Below are positions 60,142-64,000 of a stretch of DNA of 64,000 nucleotides, in pieces. The stretch's first letter is position 1; each line of letters begins with the position of its first letter. Below the pieces are notes generated by a model. The model was not told the origin of the DNA. It worked only from the letters and a program-made list of their open reading frames with translations, and made no database searches. Position numbers and translations under genes: made by a program. The DNA comes from a bacterium (lineage in GTDB: Bacteria; JADJOY01), in NCBI GenBank assembly GCA_046331705.1, contig JAXLQJ010000023.1, forward strand, positions 1 through 64,000. The letters run 5' to 3'.

Positions 60142-63100
60142 ATGCACGGCTGGCGACTGATCCTGCGCGCGCTGGTCCACCACCGGCGCACGCACCTCGG
60201 CATCGGCGCGGGCGTCGCGGTGGCGGCGGCCATCTTGGTCGGCGCGCTCGCGGTCGGCGATTCGCTCCGCGCCAGCCTCGAGGAGCAGGCGCTCCGGCGC
60301 GTCGGCCGCGTGCGCTGGGCGATGCACACCGGCGATCGGCCGTTCACCGACGAGCTCGCCGCGCGACTGAGCGAGGCGCTGGCCACCAGCGACGAGCCCG
60401 CCACCGCGGCGCTTTCGATCGAGGGCGTGGCCATCGCCGACGGCGGGCGCCGGCGCGCTCCCGAGGTGCGCGTGCTCGGCATCGACCCGTCGTTCTGGGC
60501 GCTCGGTGGGGTCGCGCCCCGAGGCCCGCGCGCCGCCGACGGCGCGGTGATCAATCGAGAGCTCGCGGCGGCGCTCGCGGTGGCGGCGGGTGACGAGCTC
60601 CTGCTGCGCGTCGCCAAGCCCAGCGCCTTGCCGCGGGACGTGCCGCTCGCCAGCGACGACGAGGCCAGCGTCACGCTGCGGGTCACGGTGGAAGAGGTGA
60701 TCGACGGCGCATCGTTCGGCGACTTCGACCTCGCGGCAGCGCCGACGGCGCCGCGGAACGTCTTCGTCGATCGGCGGCTGCTGCAGCGACGGGTGGGGCT
60801 CGTCGGGCGCAGCAACCTGGTGCTCGTCGCCGGCGACGTGGCGCGCACAGCGCTCGTTTCCGGCGGGAGCGCGAGCGCGCCCTCCGGAACCGTGGTTCCG
60901 GAGGCGCTGGCCCGCGGCTGGCGCCTCGAGGATGCCGGAGCGCGGTTGCGTCGGCTCGCACCGGAGGGACCGTGGGACCTGGCGAGCGACCGGGTCTTCC
61001 TCGCCGACGCGCTCGCCGACGCGGCCCAGCGAGCCGCGCCGAGTCGCGCGGCGTCGACGTATTTCGTGAGCTCCATCGAGGCAGCGAACGGCAAGCTCAC
61101 GCGCTACGCGATGGTCACCGCGTACGACCCCGCGGCCGAACCGCAAGCGCCACCCGCGCCCGTTCCCGCGACGCTCGCCCCCGACGAGATCGTGGTCACC
61201 CGCTGGCTGGCGGCGCAGCTCGCGGTGAGCGTGGGCGATCCGCTCACCCTTCGTTATTGGGTCTTCGACCTGAGCCGGCGGTTGCGCGAAGCGGTGGCCA
61301 CCTTCCGGGTCGCTGCCGTGGTCGAGGACGAAGCTCCCGGCGGAGATCGCGACCTGATGCCGGATCTGCCCGGCCTCACGGACGTCGCGAGCCCGCTCGA
61401 CTGGGCGCCGGCACCCGAGCTGGGCGTGCGCGTGGAGCGGATCAGCGCGGCCGAGACCGCGTACTGGCACGCGCATCGCGGCGCACCGAAGGCGTTCGTG
61501 AGCGCCGCCTGGGCGCGCCGCGACGGCGCGTGGCGGACGCCTTACGGCGACGTGACCTCGGTGCGCCTCGCCGCGGGTGTGGCGGAGGCGTCGTTGCGCG
61601 AGGCCATTCGCGAGCGGATCGGCGATCCGGCGCGCCTCGGCCTCGGTTTCGCGCCGGTTCGGGAGCTCGCCCTCGGCGCCAGTCGCCAAGGGGTGGCGTC
61701 GTATTTCGGCTATCTCTTCGTCGGGCTGAGCATCTTCGTGATCGTGGCCGCCATCACGCTGATCGCGTTGCTCTTCTCGTTCCACGTCGAGCAGCGCACC
61801 GACGAGATCGGCACGTTGCTGGCCCTCGGCTTCCGACCGGCGGGCGTCGCGCGGCTCTTCGTCGGCGAGGGGCTCGCCGTGGCGGTGGTGGGCGCGCTCG
61901 TGGGCTTGCCCGCGGGAGGGCTCTACGCCGCCGCGATGCTCGCGGCGCTGTCCGGCCGCTGGGCCGAGGCGGTCGCTCGGACCCCGCTCACGTTCCACGT
62001 CGCCCCCGCCACACCGGTCCTCGGCTTGGTCGCGACCGTGGTCGTGGCGACGATCGCGATGGCTCGCGTGTTGAAGCACCGGCTCCGTCTGGATGCGCAC
62101 ACGCTGATGTCGGCGCGCTTCGGCTCGTTCGAGAGCGCGGGTATGTCGCGACGGCGCGCGCGGGTGGTCGCGGCGGCGTGCGCCACGGCGGCGGTGGTCT
62201 TGGCGTCGCGCGGGCTGGGCGCGGACGCCGCCGGCGCCACCGGATTCTTCTTCGGCGCCGGCACGCTCATGCTCCTGGCCTCGCTCTACGCGGCGGCGGC
62301 GTTCTTGCGCCCACCCGACCGCATCCACTCGCGTCCGATCACCTTCCTCGCCCTCGGCCGGCTGAGCGGCGGCCGCCGCCTGACGCGCTCGCTGGCCACC
62401 CTCGGCATGCTCGCGAGCGGGATGTTCCTGGTGGTCGCGGTGAACGCGTTCCGTCAGGGCGACGACTCCACGATCGGCACCGGCGGGTTCGCGATGTTCG
62501 CCAGGACCTCCATCCCCGTCGCACACGACCTCGGCAGCGCAGCGGGCGTGGCTCGTCTCGGGCTCGATGCGTTTCCCGGCGTCCGCTTCCTGCCGTTTCG
62601 GCTGCGCGACGGCGACGAGGCAAGCTGCCGGAACCTCAATCAGCCGAAGCGGCCGCTCGTCCTCGGCGTGGATGCCGCGGCCATCCAGGCACGCAATCCG
62701 TTCCGGTTCGCGCGCACGCTCACGCCGGTCTCCCAGCCCTGGTCGTTGCTCGCGCGCCAGGACGAGCCGGACGTGGTGCCGGGCGTCGTCGACGACGCGG
62801 TCGCGCAATGGGTCCTCAAGGTGGGGCTCGGCGACACCCTCGCGTACGTCGACGAGGCGGGGCGGCCGTTTCGAATCCGCATCGTGGGGACCCTCGCGAG
62901 CTCGATCCTGCAGGGTTACGTGGTGATCGACGCGCGTGCCTTCGCGGCGCGCTTTCCGTCGATCGCGGGCAATCGCGTCTTCCTCGTCGATCTGCCGAGC
63001 GCCGAATACGCGGCGTTCGATCGGCGTCTGAAGGAGTCGGCGCTCGAGGACTACGGACTCACGACCGTGCCGGCGAGCGAGCGGCTCGCGGCGTTCGAGG

Positions 63101-63489
63101 CCGTGCAGAACACGTACCTGTCGATCTTCTCGGTGGTGGGTGGCCTGGGGCTGGTGCTCGGATGCTTGGGGCTGGCATTGGTGGTGCTGCGCAACGTCCT
63201 GGAGCGCCGCGCCGAGCTCGCCATCCTGCTCGCCGTGGGGTTCTCGAAAGGGCGGGTGCGCCGGCTGGTGTTGCTCGAGCACGTGGGGCTCTTGGTGCTG
63301 GGCGCGACGCTCGGGATCGTGGCGGCGGTCGTCGCCGTGGGGCCTGCGGCGATCGAGCGCGGCCGACTGCCGCTCGACTTCCTGCTCGGCACCGCCGTCG
63401 CGGTGATCGCGAACGGTCTGGTGGCGACGATCGCAGCCACCGCGCTCGCTCTGCGCGGCGAGCTGGTGCCGGCGCTGCGTCGCGAGTAG
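60142..63489 (+). CDS. FtsX-like ABC permease (duplicated, 1115 aa)
   Basis: Two FtsX motifs (EQRTDEIGTLLALGF; ERRAELAILLAVGF) with large periplasmic domains. Confidence 0.9.
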   Translation: MHGWRLILRALVHHRRTHLGIGAGVAVAAAILVGALAVGDSLRASLEEQALRRVGRVRWAMHTGDRPFTDELAARLSEALATSDEPATAALSIEGVAIADGGRRRAPEVRVLGIDPSFWALGGVAPRGPRAADGAVINRELAAALAVAAGDELLLRVAKPSALPRDVPLASDDEASVTLRVTVEEVIDGASFGDFDLAAAPTAPRNVFVDRRLLQRRVGLVGRSNLVLVAGDVARTALVSGGSASAPSGTVVPEALARGWRLEDAGARLRRLAPEGPWDLASDRVFLADALADAAQRAAPSRAASTYFVSSIEAANGKLTRYAMVTAYDPAAEPQAPPAPVPATLAPDEIVVTRWLAAQLAVSVGDPLTLRYWVFDLSRRLREAVATFRVAAVVEDEAPGGDRDLMPDLPGLTDVASPLDWAPAPELGVRVERISAAETAYWHAHRGAPKAFVSAAWARRDGAWRTPYGDVTSVRLAAGVAEASLREAIRERIGDPARLGLGFAPVRELALGASRQGVASYFGYLFVGLSIFVIVAAITLIALLFSFHVEQRTDEIGTLLALGFRPAGVARLFVGEGLAVAVVGALVGLPAGGLYAAAMLAALSGRWAEAVARTPLTFHVAPATPVLGLVATVVVATIAMARVLKHRLRLDAHTLMSARFGSFESAGMSRRRARVVAAACATAAVVLASRGLGADAAGATGFFFGAGTLMLLASLYAAAAFLRPPDRIHSRPITFLALGRLSGGRRLTRSLATLGMLASGMFLVVAVNAFRQGDDSTIGTGGFAMFARTSIPVAHDLGSAAGVARLGLDAFPGVRFLPFRLRDGDEASCRNLNQPKRPLVLGVDAAAIQARNPFRFARTLTPVSQPWSLLARQDEPDVVPGVVDDAVAQWVLKVGLGDTLAYVDEAGRPFRIRIVGTLASSILQGYVVIDARAFAARFPSIAGNRVFLVDLPSAEYAAFDRRLKESALEDYGLTTVPASERLAAFEAVQNTYLSIFSVVGGLGLVLGCLGLALVVLRNVLERRAELAILLAVGFSKGRVRRLVLLEHVGLLVLGATLGIVAAVVAVGPAAIERGRLPLDFLLGTAVAVIANGLVATIAATALALRGELVPALRRE

Positions 63490-63671
63490 CGCGCTCGCAC
63501 GGTCCGCAGTGCCCGCGTCGTTCGCCGCCGGGTCGGCGAGCCGGCGCGTTGATGGTCGTCGCGCACGTCACCTATGTTGAAGGCCCTTCGCGCGCCGTCG
63601 ACGCCACCGCCGTGATGGGCGGCGTGCTCGAACGACCCGACCCGCTTCCCCCGTCGCGATCGAATCCGAGG

Positions 63672-64000
63672 ATGGCGATGGCGTCGCGACCGAGACGAAT
63701 CGCGCGTGAATGTGCGCTCGCGCCATGGGGCCGCACGGCGATCCTGCTCGCTCTCGGGGTGCTCGCCATGGCGGCGCCCACGCCGGCGGCGCCCGCGCCG
63801 GCGCAGCGGCCGATCGGCTGGCGCATGGACGGGACCGGCAACTTTCCGGCCGCGACACCCACGCTCGAGTGGTCCGCCACGCATCACGTGCGGTGGATGA
63901 AGCGGATGCCGAGCTGGAGCAACTCGTCGCCGATCCTGGTCGGCGAGCGGCTCTTCGTGTCCTCCGAGCCTGACCGGCTGCTGTGCTTGCGCGCCGCGGA
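63672..64000 (+). CDS. PQQ-like beta-propeller protein (5' part, runs off the window)
   Basis: Open frame absent from the ORF track: signal peptide then GWRMDGTG...EWSATHHVRW...SNSSPILVGERLFV. Confidence 0.8.
   Translation, partial: MAMASRPRRIARECALAPWGRTAILLALGVLAMAAPTPAAPAPAQRPIGWRMDGTGNFPAATPTLEWSATHHVRWMKRMPSWSNSSPILVGERLFVSSEPDRLLCLRAA

Noticed and set aside
41040-63282. Very long alternative-frame and antisense ORFs (e.g. 41040-44789, 44919-47882, 60019-63282)
   Set aside because: Arg/Ala/Gly-rich shadows of real genes, expected in high-GC DNA; they carry no protein motifs

Overview
Very GC-rich bacterial DNA. The gene content (MshEN/GspE-N protein, sigma54 two-component system, RDD protein with a long disordered N-terminus, HEAT-repeat protein) suggests a Myxococcota/Binatota-like deltaproteobacterium; this is inference only. 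Bases 1-27.5 kb hold mostly housekeeping and accessory enzymes (nitroreductase, tandem GFA, Zn-ADH, PP-loop ATPase/MBL/FMO group, pyrF, IscU-like, NtrC-type regulator plus kinase, gshA, prmA, rsmE). A tRNA-Phe(GAA) at 27533-27608 is followed by a decayed, internally duplicated toxin-antitoxin islet. A minus-strand block then encodes a TonB receptor, a YncE-like propeller, a Rieske oxygenase with inverted domain order and a UbiA prenyltransferase. From 41 kb to the end lies an uncharacterised biosynthetic-looking cluster: several PQQ-like beta-propellers, Fe-ADH, a non-HemN class C radical SAM enzyme, a halogenase-like FAD enzyme, a CxxC-bearing GT4, a PaaK-like ligase and a LolD/FtsX ABC system. 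Two paralogous cytochrome-b-like/pentaheme cytochrome c modules sit beside and inside it. The best novelty candidates are this cluster, the permuted Rieske oxygenase and the duplicated cytochrome module. All calls come from reading motifs by eye; no database searches were run.
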